From an uncultured Actinomycetota bacterium (GTDB lineage: Bacteria > Actinomycetota > Actinomycetes > Propionibacteriales > Nocardioidaceae): a DNA stretch of 24,000 nt. Positions 14,576 through 23,667 of this stretch are shown in pieces (the stretch's first letter is position 1; every line of letters begins with the position of its first letter). Below the pieces are notes generated by a model, which was not told the origin of the DNA, did no database searches, and was given only the letters and a program-made list of their open reading frames with translations. The position numbers and the translations under genes are program-made. The stretch is taken from positions 143,063-167,062 of the forward strand of contig CAWFFZ010000008.1 in assembly GCA_963815295.1 (NCBI GenBank), read 5' to 3'.

Positions 14576-15418
14576 ATGCAGAGCCGTAACCCCATTCTCA
14601 ACAAGAGCGACGCGTTCAACGGTCGCGCTGCCGCGAACTATGGCCACCCCGGCTACGCCGCCAGCGGCCAGGGCCACCAGGGCTATGGCCAACCGGCGAC
14701 CGCACCCCAAGGCAGCGACCCGTCGACCTGGCAGTACCCAGCAGGGCCGTCCATCGAAGAGCGGATGACGATCGACTCCGTCGTCGCGCGTTCGGCTGTC
14801 ACCATCGGCCTGGTCATTGTGACCGCAGCCCTCACGTGGGTAGGCCTGCCCGAGGAGTACGCCAGCACCGCGTGGATCGGTGGCGCCCTCGCCGGCGCCG
14901 GGCTCGGTATCTGGCTGAGCTTCAAGCGGGTTGTTTCACCGCCCCTGATCATGCTCTACGCGGTCGTCCAGGGCTTCTTCCTCGGCGCGGCATCGGAGGC
15001 GTTCAACGAGATTTGGCCTGGCGTCGTCGCCCAGGCAGTCGCTGGCACGTTTGCGGCGTTCGTCGCGACGCTGGCCGCCTACAAGTTCTTCAATATCCAG
15101 GTGTCCACCCGGATGCGGAAGTTCGTGGTAATCGCGGGTCTCGGCTTCTTCGCCCTGACGTTCGTCGACTTCCTGCTCTCGTTTGCGGGGTTCGACGTCG
15201 GTTTCAACGGCTACGGCGCGCTGGGGCTGATCATGAGCATCGTCGGGCTGGCGCTCGGTATCTTCTTCCTGATCCTCGACTTCGACATGATCGAGCGGGG
15301 AGTTGCCGCCGGTGTGCCTGAGATCGAGTCGTGGCGAGCCGCGTTCGGCCTTACGGCCACGCTGATCTTCATCTACATCGAGCTGCTGCGGATCCTCGCG
15401 ATCCTGCGCGGCGAGTGA
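14576..15418 (+). CDS. Bax inhibitor-1/YccA family membrane protein
   Basis: Typical actinobacterial N-terminus MQSRNPILNKSDAFN followed by a G/Y/Q/P-rich linker and about 7 TM segments. GAGGAGG RBS 7-8 nt upstream. Confidence 0.85.
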   Translation: MQSRNPILNKSDAFNGRAAANYGHPGYAASGQGHQGYGQPATAPQGSDPSTWQYPAGPSIEERMTIDSVVARSAVTIGLVIVTAALTWVGLPEEYASTAWIGGALAGAGLGIWLSFKRVVSPPLIMLYAVVQGFFLGAASEAFNEIWPGVVAQAVAGTFAAFVATLAAYKFFNIQVSTRMRKFVVIAGLGFFALTFVDFLLSFAGFDVGFNGYGALGLIMSIVGLALGIFFLILDFDMIERGVAAGVPEIESWRAAFGLTATLIFIYIELLRILAILRGE

Positions 15419-15454
15419 CCTCGGCCGTCATACGACGGCTGGCAAGACTCAAAG

Positions 15455-15484
15455 AACGGCCCCCGGAGAGTTCCGGGGGCCGTT
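15455..15484. terminator. Bidirectional rho-independent-type terminator hairpin
   Basis: AACGGCCCCCGGA (15455-15467), loop GAGT, TCCGGGGGCCGTT (15472-15484). 13-bp perfect stem followed by TCTT. Lies between convergent genes. Confidence 0.7.
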
Positions 15485-15510
15485 TCTTGGATGTCTGGGT
15501 GCTCGCAGTA

Positions 15511-15741
15511 CTACTCGAAGCTGCGATGCGCCTTCTTGAGGTCGTGCTCGTGCACGATCGCGGTCGCGTGGCCATGCGCCAGGCCGTATTCGTCGCGCAG
15601 CCATCGAACCCTGTCATCGAACCGGAGCAAACCTGGGCCGTTTTCGAGGTGGCCAAACCACTCATGAAGAGGACGGCCGGTCGCTGCGGGGACCCGCGCG
15701 ACCAGCATCTGATGTGTTTCTTCGGAGTGGTGAAGGGCCAT
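15511..15741 (-). CDS. DUF4287 domain-containing small protein
   Basis: 76 aa. WLRDEYGLAHGHATAIVH matches the DUF4287 signature as I recall it. GGAGG RBS 5 nt upstream on the minus strand. Confidence 0.7.
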   Translation of the reverse strand: MALHHSEETHQMLVARVPAATGRPLHEWFGHLENGPGLLRFDDRVRWLRDEYGLAHGHATAIVHEHDLKKAHRSFE

Positions 15742-15816
15742 CGTTCCTCCCGAGGTCGCGAGTCCTACCTGGGGGTGAGCCTGCCAAAGACGGACGCGCG
15801 AGACAAGGTTTCTTTG

Positions 15817-16872
15817 CTATTTGTCAGCCGGTACGACGGCGGGCGAGTCGTGGTGCTCCTGCTCCAGGTCGTGAGGGACGCCTTCGATGGCCCCGACGTG
15901 GGGCGGCTCGTGGCGGCGTCGGTGCCGCAGCACCGCCCAGCGTCCACGCGGGCCGAGCTCGTGTCCGGAGACCTCGCCGCGGGAGACTTCGGTGCCGGCG
16001 CTCTCGGCGGCAGCGGCTGCGGCAGCGGGCAGTGAGCGGACCCCCTCGCCACGGCTGGCTTCGGGCTGCTCGGCGGCATCGGGAAGCACGCCGACGGAGG
16101 TCGCGACGGTGGGGAGCATCGCCTGCGCGCAGCTTCGGTAACCAGCCGGGGAAGGATGGAACTGGTCGGGCCCGAAGAGGTCCGCCGGGGAAGCCTCGAA
16201 CTCTGGCCCCAAGATGCTGCCCAGCGAGACCGAGCTCCCGCCGGCCTCGACGGTCGCAATCGTCTGTGCGGCGGCGAGCCGGCGGCTCCACAGCCGCGCA
16301 ATTTGGCGTAGCGGGGGAGCGATGGGGCGGAGCGTGCCGAGATCAGGGCAGGTGCCGACGACGACCTCGGCTCCGGCTTCCCGGAGTGTTTCGACAGCGT
16401 CTTGCAAATCCCGCACCGACGCCGTGGGTGACACGCGGTGGGTGACGTCGTTGGTTCCGATCATCATCGCGCAGACGTCGGGGTGGTCGGCGACGGCGGC
16501 AGGGATTTGCAGCTGCAGGTCGGCCGTCTTCGCGCCGACGACTGCGACCGAGACCAACGAGACTGGTCGCCCGGCCAGCTCGGACAGCCCGGCCGCGAGA
16601 TAGGCGCCGAACGTCTCCTCGGGCACCTCCGCGCCGTAACCCGCCGCACCAGAGTCGCCCAGGACAGCTAGCCGGATCGCAGGCCCCGGCAGCTCGGCGC
16701 CGTAGACACCGCTCGGGTCGGGTGGCTTGCTCGTGGCCTTGCCGATCCGCCGGCGGGCCATCGACGCCTCGGCGCGCAAGACGCCGTACAACGAACCGCC
16801 CACGAAACCGAGACCGCCGCCGCCATAAGCAGCAGCGGCCGCAAGCCTGCGTGCGGCACCCGCCTTGCTCAC
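15817..16872 (-). CDS. SGNH/GDSL-family hydrolase with N-terminal membrane/signal segment and disordered C-terminal tail
   Basis: Block I LAVLGDSGAAGYG, block III MMIGTNDV, block V DQFHPSPAGY. Divergent from cbs, an arrangement also known in mycobacteria (Rv1075c near Rv1077). Confidence 0.85.
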   Translation of the reverse strand: MSKAGAARRLAAAAAYGGGGLGFVGGSLYGVLRAEASMARRRIGKATSKPPDPSGVYGAELPGPAIRLAVLGDSGAAGYGAEVPEETFGAYLAAGLSELAGRPVSLVSVAVVGAKTADLQLQIPAAVADHPDVCAMMIGTNDVTHRVSPTASVRDLQDAVETLREAGAEVVVGTCPDLGTLRPIAPPLRQIARLWSRRLAAAQTIATVEAGGSSVSLGSILGPEFEASPADLFGPDQFHPSPAGYRSCAQAMLPTVATSVGVLPDAAEQPEASRGEGVRSLPAAAAAAAESAGTEVSRGEVSGHELGPRGRWAVLRHRRRHEPPHVGAIEGVPHDLEQEHHDSPAVVPADK

Positions 16873-16964
16873 TCAACCTCGCTACTTGTCTCGGACAGGA
16901 CTTCCACTGTAGGTGCCCTCAGCGCGGGACACGATGCGAATAACCACGCCACTAGGCTTGCCGC

Positions 16965-18335
16965 GTGGACTATGTGACCTCGTTGCTCGACCTCGTTGGC
17001 AACACTCCGCTCCTGAGGCTCGACAAGACCGCCGACGGGGCACGACCGACCGTGCTTGCCAAGATCGAGTACTTCAATCCCGGTGGTTCCGTCAAAGACC
17101 GGATCGCACTGCGCATGGTCGAGGCGGCCGAACAGAGCGGCGAGCTCAAGCCGGGTGGCACGATCGTCGAGCCGACGTCGGGCAACACCGGCGTGGGGCT
17201 GGCGATGGTGGCGCAGGCCAAGGGCTACCACTGCGTGTTCGTCTGTCCCGACAAGGTGAGCGAAGACAAGCGCAACGTTCTCAAGGCGTACGGCGCTGAG
17301 GTGGTCGTCTGCCCCACCGCCGTCGCACCCGACCACCCCGATAGCTACTACAACGTCTCCGACCGGCTGATGCGCGAGACCGACAACGCGTGGAAGCCGG
17401 ATCAGTACTCCAACGTCAACAACCCCCGCAGCCACTACGAGACGACCGGCCCGGAGATCTGGCGACAGACCGAAGGCAAGATCACGCACTTCGTGTGCGG
17501 CGTCGGCACGGGCGGCACGATCAGCGGCGTCGGGAAGTACCTCAAGGAGGCGTCCGACGGTCGGGTACAGGTCATCGGCGCCGACCCGGAGGGTTCGGTC
17601 TACTCGGGCGGCAGCGGTCGTCCTTACTTGGTCGAGGGAGTCGGCGAAGACTTCTGGCCCGAGGCCTACGACAAGGAGATCGCAGATCGGATCATTGCCG
17701 TCTCCGACCGCGACTCGTTCGTAATGACGCGGCGGCTTGCCCGCGAGGAGGCCCTGCTCGTCGGCGGCTCGTCCGGCATGGCGGCGGCGGCGGCCGTGCG
17801 ACTCGCGCAGGAGCTGGACGACCCCGATGCTGTCGTCGTCGTACTGCTCCCCGACAGCGGCAGGGGCTACCTCAGCAAGGTGTTCGACGACACGTGGCTG
17901 GCGCAGTACGGATTCCTGGGCCGGCCGGAGGAGCTGACGGTCGGCGCGGTGTTGCGCGGCAAGGACGGCCGACTCCCGAATCTCGTGCACACACATCCCA
18001 ACGAGACCATCGCGGAGGCGATCGCGATCCTGCGCGAGTACGGCGTGTCGCAGATGCCGGTGGTCCTCGCCGAGCCACCCATCATGGCCGCCGAGGTTGC
18101 CGGCTCCGTGAGCGAGCGCGACCTCCTAGCGGCGCTGTATGCCGGCGCGGCCCGTCTCGTTGACCCTGTGGCGAAGCACATGGCGCCTCCGCTGCCCACG
18201 ATCGGCGCCGGCGAGCCCACGTCAGCAGCGGTTGACCGACTGCACGAGGCGGACGCCGTGCTCGTGCAGGACGATGGCAAGCCCGTCGGTGTGCTGACCC
18301 GTCAGGATCTGTTGAGCTTCATCGCGTCCGCCTGA
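16965..18335 (+). CDS. cbs: Cystathionine beta-synthase (PLP-dependent CysK/CysM fold plus tandem C-terminal CBS domains)
   Basis: GNTPLLRL...KIEYFNPGGSVKDRIAL (PLP lysine), GNTGVGLAM, GVGTGGTISG. C-terminal CBS pair (ETIAEAIAILREYGVSQMPV...VLTRQDLLSFI). GTG start. Confidence 0.9.
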   Translation: MDYVTSLLDLVGNTPLLRLDKTADGARPTVLAKIEYFNPGGSVKDRIALRMVEAAEQSGELKPGGTIVEPTSGNTGVGLAMVAQAKGYHCVFVCPDKVSEDKRNVLKAYGAEVVVCPTAVAPDHPDSYYNVSDRLMRETDNAWKPDQYSNVNNPRSHYETTGPEIWRQTEGKITHFVCGVGTGGTISGVGKYLKEASDGRVQVIGADPEGSVYSGGSGRPYLVEGVGEDFWPEAYDKEIADRIIAVSDRDSFVMTRRLAREEALLVGGSSGMAAAAAVRLAQELDDPDAVVVVLLPDSGRGYLSKVFDDTWLAQYGFLGRPEELTVGAVLRGKDGRLPNLVHTHPNETIAEAIAILREYGVSQMPVVLAEPPIMAAEVAGSVSERDLLAALYAGAARLVDPVAKHMAPPLPTIGAGEPTSAAVDRLHEADAVLVQDDGKPVGVLTRQDLLSFIASA

Positions 18336-18396
18336 CCGACCTGTCAGAACCTCACCAGGTCAGCACCCGGTGACGGTCTGACAAGTCGGTCAGACC
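18336..18396. terminator. Inverted-repeat cluster between convergent cbs and gluD (putative bidirectional terminator)
   Basis: CCGACCTGTCAGA(18336-18348) pairs with TCTGACAAGTCGG(18377-18389) with 1 mismatch. An alternative local hairpin is GGTCTGAC(18375-18382)/GTCAGACC(18389-18396). No clear U-tract. Confidence 0.35.
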
Positions 18397-19235
18397 CCGC
18401 CGCTCACGTCTCCGATGTTGGGCGCCGCGACGGGCTTGTCGCTCGCGACACCGCGGCGGGCGAGGCGTCGCTCGAGGTACTCGGCGAGCTTGGAGAGTGA
18501 GTAGTTAATCAAGATATAGACGAGGGCGGCGGCACTGTAGACGACGATGGTGCTGTCGGGGACGCTCCCGGCCACCAGACGCGAGTAGCGCAGCAGTTCC
18601 TCATACACGATGAGTGCACCGAGCGAGGTGTCCTTCAACACGATCACGCATTGGCTGATGATTGCCGGCAGCATGAAGCGGATCGCCTGCGGCAGCAGGA
18701 TCAGCCGCATCACTTGGGTCTTGCGCATACCGATCGAGTAGGCCGCTTCACCCTGACCCGTTGCCACGGCGTTCACGCCGGCGCGGAAGACCTCGGCCAG
18801 CACCGAGCCGTTGTAGAGCATCAACGACAAGACCAAGGCCCAAAACGCAGAGAGGCCGACGCCAAAGAAGAGGAAGACGATGAGCAGCACCAGCGGGATC
18901 GCCCGGAACAGCTCGACGAATCCGGCGGCTGGCAAGCGGACGAACCAGTGGTTGGACAACCTCCCGACGGCGAGCACGATCCCGAGCAGCAGCGACAACA
19001 CGATCGCCAGTGCGGCTGCCTTCAGCGTTCCGTAGATCAGGCCCTCGAGAAGGAACGTGACGTTGTCGTTCTGAAAAGCGGCATTGAAGACTTCCGGAGC
19101 GAGGACTCCCTCGCTGTAGAGCTTCCGTCCGACAACCGCGGCCAATCCCAGGAGCAGCACCAGGAAGATACCGGCGTAGACACGGTGGCGTGCCCGCGCC
19201 CGCGGGCCGGGAATGTCGAACAGCACGCTGCTCAT
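18390..19235 (-). CDS. gluD: Glutamate/polar amino-acid ABC transporter permease (HisM/GluD type)
   Basis: EAA-loop GQGEAAYSIGMRKTQVMRLILLPQAIR. Start taken at MSSVLFD (ATG 19235), which forms an ATGA overlap with the gluC stop. The longer ORF to 19334 would overlap gluC. Confidence 0.85.
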   Translation of the reverse strand: MSSVLFDIPGPRARARHRVYAGIFLVLLLGLAAVVGRKLYSEGVLAPEVFNAAFQNDNVTFLLEGLIYGTLKAAALAIVLSLLLGIVLAVGRLSNHWFVRLPAAGFVELFRAIPLVLLIVFLFFGVGLSAFWALVLSLMLYNGSVLAEVFRAGVNAVATGQGEAAYSIGMRKTQVMRLILLPQAIRFMLPAIISQCVIVLKDTSLGALIVYEELLRYSRLVAGSVPDSTIVVYSAAALVYILINYSLSKLAEYLERRLARRGVASDKPVAAPNIGDVSGGV

Positions 19236-19900
19236 CGCGCCACCCGCATTCGTCCCTCGACGAACCGTGCAAACAAGGCGATCGTCCAGACGATGACCAC
19301 GTATCCCGCTGCGAACCCGATGAAGATTGGCCACTGGGATGCTGCGTGAACTGTGATGAGCTCCTTCATCTCGAAGCTCGCCTCAGTCACCGCCACGCCC
19401 AGCGCAACCGTCGTGTTCTTCGCCAGCGAGATGTAGGTACTAGCGAGCGGCGGGATCACCGCTCGGACTGCCTGCGGCATGATGACATGACGCATCGACT
19501 GCGCGAAGTCCATCCCGATCGAGCGTGCAGCCTCCGCCTGCCCCATCGGGATCGAGTTGATTCCCGAGCGGAGTGCCTCACACACGAACGCCGCGGCATA
19601 CAGACCGAGCCCGGTCGTCGCGGCGATGAAGAAGAAGTCGAAGTAGTTGTTGATCGAGTAGTTGAAGCCCAGTTTGGGAAACGCGTCACGGAAGAGAAAC
19701 AGCACCAGCAACAGGGGCGTGTTTCGTACGACGTTGACGTAGCTCGTGCCAACGCCTCGCACGAGGGTGACAGGAGAAACCCGCATCGCAGCGAGTAGCG
19801 TCCCCAGCACGGTGGCGATGATCCCGGCAAAAAACAGCAACCAAAGCGTCACCATGAAGCCCTGGAAGTAGGCGTCCCGGTTGTCGAACAGGACGTTCAT
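19232..19900 (-). CDS. gluC: Glutamate/polar amino-acid ABC transporter permease (GluC type)
   Basis: EAA-loop GQAEAARSIGMDFAQSMRHVIMPQAVR, 222 aa, about 5 TM segments. Confidence 0.88.
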   Translation of the reverse strand: MNVLFDNRDAYFQGFMVTLWLLFFAGIIATVLGTLLAAMRVSPVTLVRGVGTSYVNVVRNTPLLLVLFLFRDAFPKLGFNYSINNYFDFFFIAATTGLGLYAAAFVCEALRSGINSIPMGQAEAARSIGMDFAQSMRHVIMPQAVRAVIPPLASTYISLAKNTTVALGVAVTEASFEMKELITVHAASQWPIFIGFAAGYVVIVWTIALFARFVEGRMRVAR

Positions 19901-19982
19901 GCGACTCGGTCACCTCGCCATCGCTGGGACATGACACGGTGGTGGCCAAACTGTGTCGTCGGGCCACCACCGGATCAATTGC

Positions 19983-20867
19983 TTACTCGCAGGGATCCAA
20001 CTCGGGTGGTTCGGGCGTGGCGATGCCCGACTGTCCAAGGGTTGCCTCGAACGCCTCCGCCCAGGGGCCGTCCTCCATGGCCTCTCGGATCGTTTCGGTG
20101 ATGAACTCGCACATCTCTGTGTCACCGTGCTTGTAGCCGATGCCGTAGCGCTCTTCGCTGAACGGCTCGCCTACCACCTGCAGAGCGTCGGGGTCCTCGG
20201 CCTCGTAGCCCAGCAGGATCGCACCGTCGGTGGTGACGACGTCGGTCGTCTCGTTCTCGAGCGCGGTGATGCACTCAGAGTAGGTGGCCTGCGGGACCGG
20301 GTCGGCTCCGTACTCCTCCTGCACCGTAATGAGTGACGTCGAGCCCTCGACTGAGCAGACCTTGCGGCCGTCGAGGTCCTCCGGTCCGGCGATCTCTTCC
20401 TTGTCGGCCTCGCGAACGAGCAGCTGCTGACCGGTCACGTAGTAAGGCCCTGCTTGCCCGACCTCCAAGCGACGGTCATCCGTGATGGAGTACGACGCGA
20501 TGACGAGGTCGACGTCGCCGCCCTTGATGAAGGACTCGCGGTTGTCGGAGATCGTTTCCTTCCACTCGATCTCGTCGCCCTCGAGGCCGAGTTGGCCGGC
20601 GATGATCTTGCCCATCTCGATGTCGAATCCGGTCGGCGCGTCGTCGCCGGGCTCGAGGTTGCCGATGCCCGGCTGGTCGATCTTGACGCCGATGATGATC
20701 TTGCCTTCGTCGGCAAGCGTGGCCATCGTGCTCCCCTCGGGGAAGTCCGGGTTGTCCTCAACCGGTACGTCGACGGTGCCGCCGGAGTCTTCGTCGTCGC
20801 CGCACGCGGCGAGTGACGCGACGAGCAATGCCCCTGCGAGCACTGCTTTGGTCCTTGTGAATCTCAT
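19983..20867 (-). CDS. gluB: Glutamate ABC transporter substrate-binding lipoprotein
   Basis: Lipoprotein signal MRFTRTKAVLAGALLVASLAACGDD. Type 3 SBP pattern (IIIGVKIDQPG, DLVIASYSITDDR). GGGAG RBS. Confidence 0.88.
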   Translation of the reverse strand: MRFTRTKAVLAGALLVASLAACGDDEDSGGTVDVPVEDNPDFPEGSTMATLADEGKIIIGVKIDQPGIGNLEPGDDAPTGFDIEMGKIIAGQLGLEGDEIEWKETISDNRESFIKGGDVDLVIASYSITDDRRLEVGQAGPYYVTGQQLLVREADKEEIAGPEDLDGRKVCSVEGSTSLITVQEEYGADPVPQATYSECITALENETTDVVTTDGAILLGYEAEDPDALQVVGEPFSEERYGIGYKHGDTEMCEFITETIREAMEDGPWAEAFEATLGQSGIATPEPPELDPCE

Positions 20868-20924
20868 CTGTGAACTCCCATTGTCGATGCGATGCCGGGG
20901 TCCCGGCTGATCACAAACTCGTTC

Positions 20925-21698
20925 CTAGTGCTGAAGGATCTTGCCGAGGAAGTCCTTGGCTCGATCCGAGGTGGGGTTGGTGAAGAACTGCTCCGGTGTC
21001 GCCTCTTCGAGGATCTTCCCGTCTGCCATGAACACGACCCGGTTGGCTGCCGTCCGCGCGAACCCCATCTCGTGCGTGACCACGACCATCGTCATACCGT
21101 CTTCAGCGAGCTCGACCATGACGTCGAGCACTTCCTTGATCATCTCGGGGTCGAGCGACGACGTCGGCTCGTCGAAGAGCATGACCTTCGGCTGCATCGC
21201 CAGCGCTCGAGCGATGGCGACCCGCTGCTGCTGCCCGCCGGACAGCTGGGCGGGGTACTTGTTGGCCTGCTCGCCGACTCCTACTCGCTCGAGCAGCTTC
21301 TTGGCCTGCTCGCGCGCCTCCGACGTACTCCGGCCGCGGACCTTGATCGGGCCGAGGGTCACATTGTCGAGAACTGTCTTGTGCGCAAAGAGGTTGAAGG
21401 CCTGGAAGACCATGCCGACCTCAGCGCGCAGCTTGGCGAGTGCCTTGCCCTCTTCGGGCAGTGGCTGCCCGTCGAGCCTTATCTCGCCTTCGTTGATGGG
21501 CTCGAGCCGGTTGATGGCGCGGCACAACGTGGACTTCCCGGAGCCGGACGGGCCGATCACGACGACAACTTCGCCGGGGGCGATCTCGAGGTTGATGTCC
21601 TGCAGGACATGCAGGTCCCCGAACCACTTGTTGACGCCAGCAAGCACGACCAACGGCTCGGCGGTCGAACTCGGACTGTCCGTTTCGGCTTCGGCCAT
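20925..21698 (-). CDS. gluA: Glutamate/polar amino-acid ABC transporter ATP-binding protein
   Basis: Walker [10 protein letters not shown], signature [15 protein letters not shown], Walker [13 protein letters not shown]. The gene order A-B-C-D matches the Corynebacterium glutamicum gluABCD operon. Confidence 0.93.
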   Translation of the reverse strand: MAEAETDSPSSTAEPLVVLAGVNKWFGDLHVLQDINLEIAPGEVVVVIGPSGSGKSTLCRAINRLEPINEGEIRLDGQPLPEEGKALAKLRAEVGMVFQAFNLFAHKTVLDNVTLGPIKVRGRSTSEAREQAKKLLERVGVGEQANKYPAQLSGGQQQRVAIARALAMQPKVMLFDEPTSSLDPEMIKEVLDVMVELAEDGMTMVVVTHEMGFARTAANRVVFMADGKILEEATPEQFFTNPTSDRAKDFLGKILQH

Positions 21699-21795
21699 GC
21701 CCCAACCTAACGGACAGTTAGCGCGAAACGCTATGACGCGCCGACCGTGTCGCTGACCCGAAACACCAGGTGGCGCAGGACCTCAACGCGCAGGC

Positions 21796-21881
21796 GTTTG
21801 CCTAGTTCACAAGGCGCCTCCCCTGAACACATGGCGGGTTTGCCTTGTTCACAAGCCACCCGCCTTGTGAACAAGGCAAAC
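21796..21881. promoter_or_regulatory. Three copies of an 18-19 bp unit containing the 14-bp palindrome CCTTGT-NN-ACAAGG (candidate operator array or strong hairpin)
   Basis: Copy 1 GTTTGCCTAGTTCACAAGG (21796-21814). Copy 2 GTTTGCCTTGTTCACAAG (21838-21855). Copy 3 is inverted, CTTGTGAACAAGGCAAAC (21864-21881). Copies 2 and 3 form a perfect 18-bp inverted repeat with an 8-nt spacer. Palindrome centres are about 42 and 20 bp apart. The array lies in the divergent region between gluA (start 21698) and the LLM gene (start 21940). Confidence 0.5.
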
Positions 21882-21939
21882 GCTAGGGGAGCAAGGGCGA
21901 TCAAGTCTGGTGTCGGTCGGACGTACTACGGTCGCGAGC

Positions 21940-22791
21940 ATGAGATTTGGGTTTGTCGTCCCGTATGCCGACTCGCGCGAGTTCTCCTCCCTGGCCGCTC
22001 TCGGCGAGCAGCACGGCTGGGATGGCATCTTCACCTGGGAAGCAGTCTTCGGGGTTGACGCCTGGGTGACGTTGGCCGCAGCGGCGATGGTGACCGACCG
22101 CATCAAGCTCGGCACGTTGTTGACACCCGTGCCGCGGGTGAAGCCGTGGGACCTCGCCACCAAGGTCGGCACCGTCGATCGGTTGAGCGGCGGACGCGCC
22201 ATCCTGGGCGCTGGCCTTGGCGCCCTGCACGAGGGATGGACGGCCTTCGAAGCCGACGAGGGACGCAAGGTCCGGGCGCAGAAACTCGACGAGGCGCTTG
22301 CGATCTACGACGGCTTGATGAAGGGCCAGCCGTTCGCCTACGACGGCACCCACTACTCGGCCAAGCCGACAGACTTCATGCTCCCCGACCCTCCGGTCCA
22401 GCAGCCGCGACCACCGGTCTGGGTGGTAGGCGCCCAGGTCGTCGGCCGTGACCGCCAGCCGTCGCTTGCGCGGGCGGCGCGGTGGGACGGCTTGCTGCCG
22501 CAGGTCATCCACCCGAGTGACCGCGAGAAGCCGACCACCACCGAGAGCCTGGCGGAGATCGTGAGGTTGACGCGGGCGGAGCGTGAGCTGGCCGGGCTCC
22601 CTTGGGAGAGGTATGACGTCATCCTCGAAGCCGATAGCTACGGCGAGTTCGTCAGGACCGAGCCGAATGACCCTGCCGCGTGGGCACAAGCCGGGGCGAC
22701 CTGGTGGATCGAGTCCTGGTGGACCCTCGAACGGACGGCCGAAGGGCTCGAGACGCTGCGACGTCGGGTTGCGATAGGCCCTCCCGCCTGA
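21940..22791 (+). CDS. LLM-class (luciferase-like) flavin/F420-dependent oxidoreductase
   Basis: MRFGFVVPYADSREF...HGWDGIFTWEAVFGVDAWVTLAAAAMVTDRIKLGTLLTPVPRVKPWDLATKVGTVDRLSGGRAILGAGLGA is the typical LLM N-terminal half. Start taken at ATG 21940 (MRFGF); GTG 21910 is also possible. Confidence 0.8.
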   Translation: MRFGFVVPYADSREFSSLAALGEQHGWDGIFTWEAVFGVDAWVTLAAAAMVTDRIKLGTLLTPVPRVKPWDLATKVGTVDRLSGGRAILGAGLGALHEGWTAFEADEGRKVRAQKLDEALAIYDGLMKGQPFAYDGTHYSAKPTDFMLPDPPVQQPRPPVWVVGAQVVGRDRQPSLARAARWDGLLPQVIHPSDREKPTTTESLAEIVRLTRAERELAGLPWERYDVILEADSYGEFVRTEPNDPAAWAQAGATWWIESWWTLERTAEGLETLRRRVAIGPPA

Positions 22792-23073
22792 GCCAAGGGC
22801 CTGCCAACCGCAACCCCACCCCCGCGAGCACGAAGCCGAATGCACGGCGATGTTGCACTGCCATCCGCTCGTGCACCAACCGTCATGACAGCCTTACGCA
22901 GCGTAGAAATCTGGTGGGTCAAGTGTGTCTTAGTCATATCAAGATAGCCCCAAGTGACTATGCCCGCGGGCGACGAAAGCCGTTACGTTGTCGGCATGGG
23001 GGCCTGCTCCGTTCGGGTGGCGGGGATGACGTCAATCGACGCCGGGGGCCAGTCGCAGGGAAGAACGGGAATC

Positions 23074-23580
23074 ATGCGCAAATCAGCAGTCATCGGCGCC
23101 GCAATCGGATTGTTCGGCGCGCTTATCTTTTCCACCACTACGGTGCACGCATCCAATATCGGCGAGGAAGGTTGTACTCCGGGCTACTGGAAGACCCACA
23201 CCGAGAACTGGCTGGAAAGGCCAGGAGATCTCATCCCGTCCGACATGCTCCTGACGGCCATGTACCAGGACAACGAGGGCGGCGTACTCCGGCCGGGCTT
23301 CGCCGTGACGGCGCCCCTCGCGGGTGACACGTTCCTGGAAGCCTTGTCCTACAAGGGTGGCCCCGGCGCGGCCGGCGCCGAGCGCATCTTGCTGCGCGCG
23401 GCTGTGGCAGCGTGGCTGAACGCCGCACACGAAGGCCTCGGATATCCCGATCGTCGCTGGACCGAGCCTGGCAACATCGTCGGTTCGGTGAACGAGGCCA
23501 TCGCTTCGGGTGACCGCGCGACGATGCTGGCGCTCGCGAACGAGCTCGACGAGCAAAACAACCTCGGGTGCCCGCTCTAG
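23074..23580 (+). CDS. Small secreted protein of unknown function (two-cysteine, GCTPGYWK motif)
   Basis: ATG 23074 with GGGA 4 nt upstream. Sec-type signal MRKSAVIGAAIGLFGALIFSTTTVHA/SN. The mature protein is about 140 aa, with its only Cys residues at GEEGCTPGYWKTH and NNLGCPL-stop. High GC3. Confidence 0.6.
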   Translation: MRKSAVIGAAIGLFGALIFSTTTVHASNIGEEGCTPGYWKTHTENWLERPGDLIPSDMLLTAMYQDNEGGVLRPGFAVTAPLAGDTFLEALSYKGGPGAAGAERILLRAAVAAWLNAAHEGLGYPDRRWTEPGNIVGSVNEAIASGDRATMLALANELDEQNNLGCPL

Positions 23581-23617
23581 AACTCACCCGCTGGGGTTAG
23601 ATCCGATCGCCCAGACG

Positions 23618-23648
23618 AACGCCCGCCGCCATTCAGGCGGCGGGTGTT
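23618..23648. terminator. Bidirectional terminator hairpin between convergent genes
   Basis: AACGCCCGCCGCC (23618-23630), loop ATTCA, GGCGGCGGGTGTT (23636-23648). 13-bp stem including one G-U pair. Confidence 0.6.
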
Positions 23649-23667
23649 CGCAGGTGCCTGCGCGTGC

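Noticed and set aside
16873-16964. Possible SAM or other riboswitch upstream of cbs.
   Set aside because: The spacer is only about 90 nt and shared with the divergent SGNH gene promoter. It has only small hairpins (CCACGC...GCGTGG overlapping the GTG start) and no resemblance to the SAM-IV/SAM-I cores that I can recognise.
21796-21881. Reading the palindrome array as a known box: PhoP PHO box (GTTCACC-type direct repeats), GlnR box (GTnAC-n6-GnAAC), CRP/GlxR site (TGTGA-n6-TCACA) or a LexA Cheo box.
   Set aside because: GTTCACAAG resembles a PHO repeat unit at about 8/11 positions but lacks the 11-nt tandem phasing. The TGAAC/CAAAC spacing is 4 nt, not 6, for GlnR. The TCACA/TGTGA halves are in the wrong order and spacing for CRP. 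There is no GAAC-n4-GTTC. I therefore left it as an unassigned operator.
22954-23073. Upstream extension of the secreted-protein ORF (ATG 22954).
   Set aside because: It would place 40 non-signal residues before an otherwise canonical signal peptide. ATG 23074 has a GGGA RBS and gives a normal n-h-c signal.
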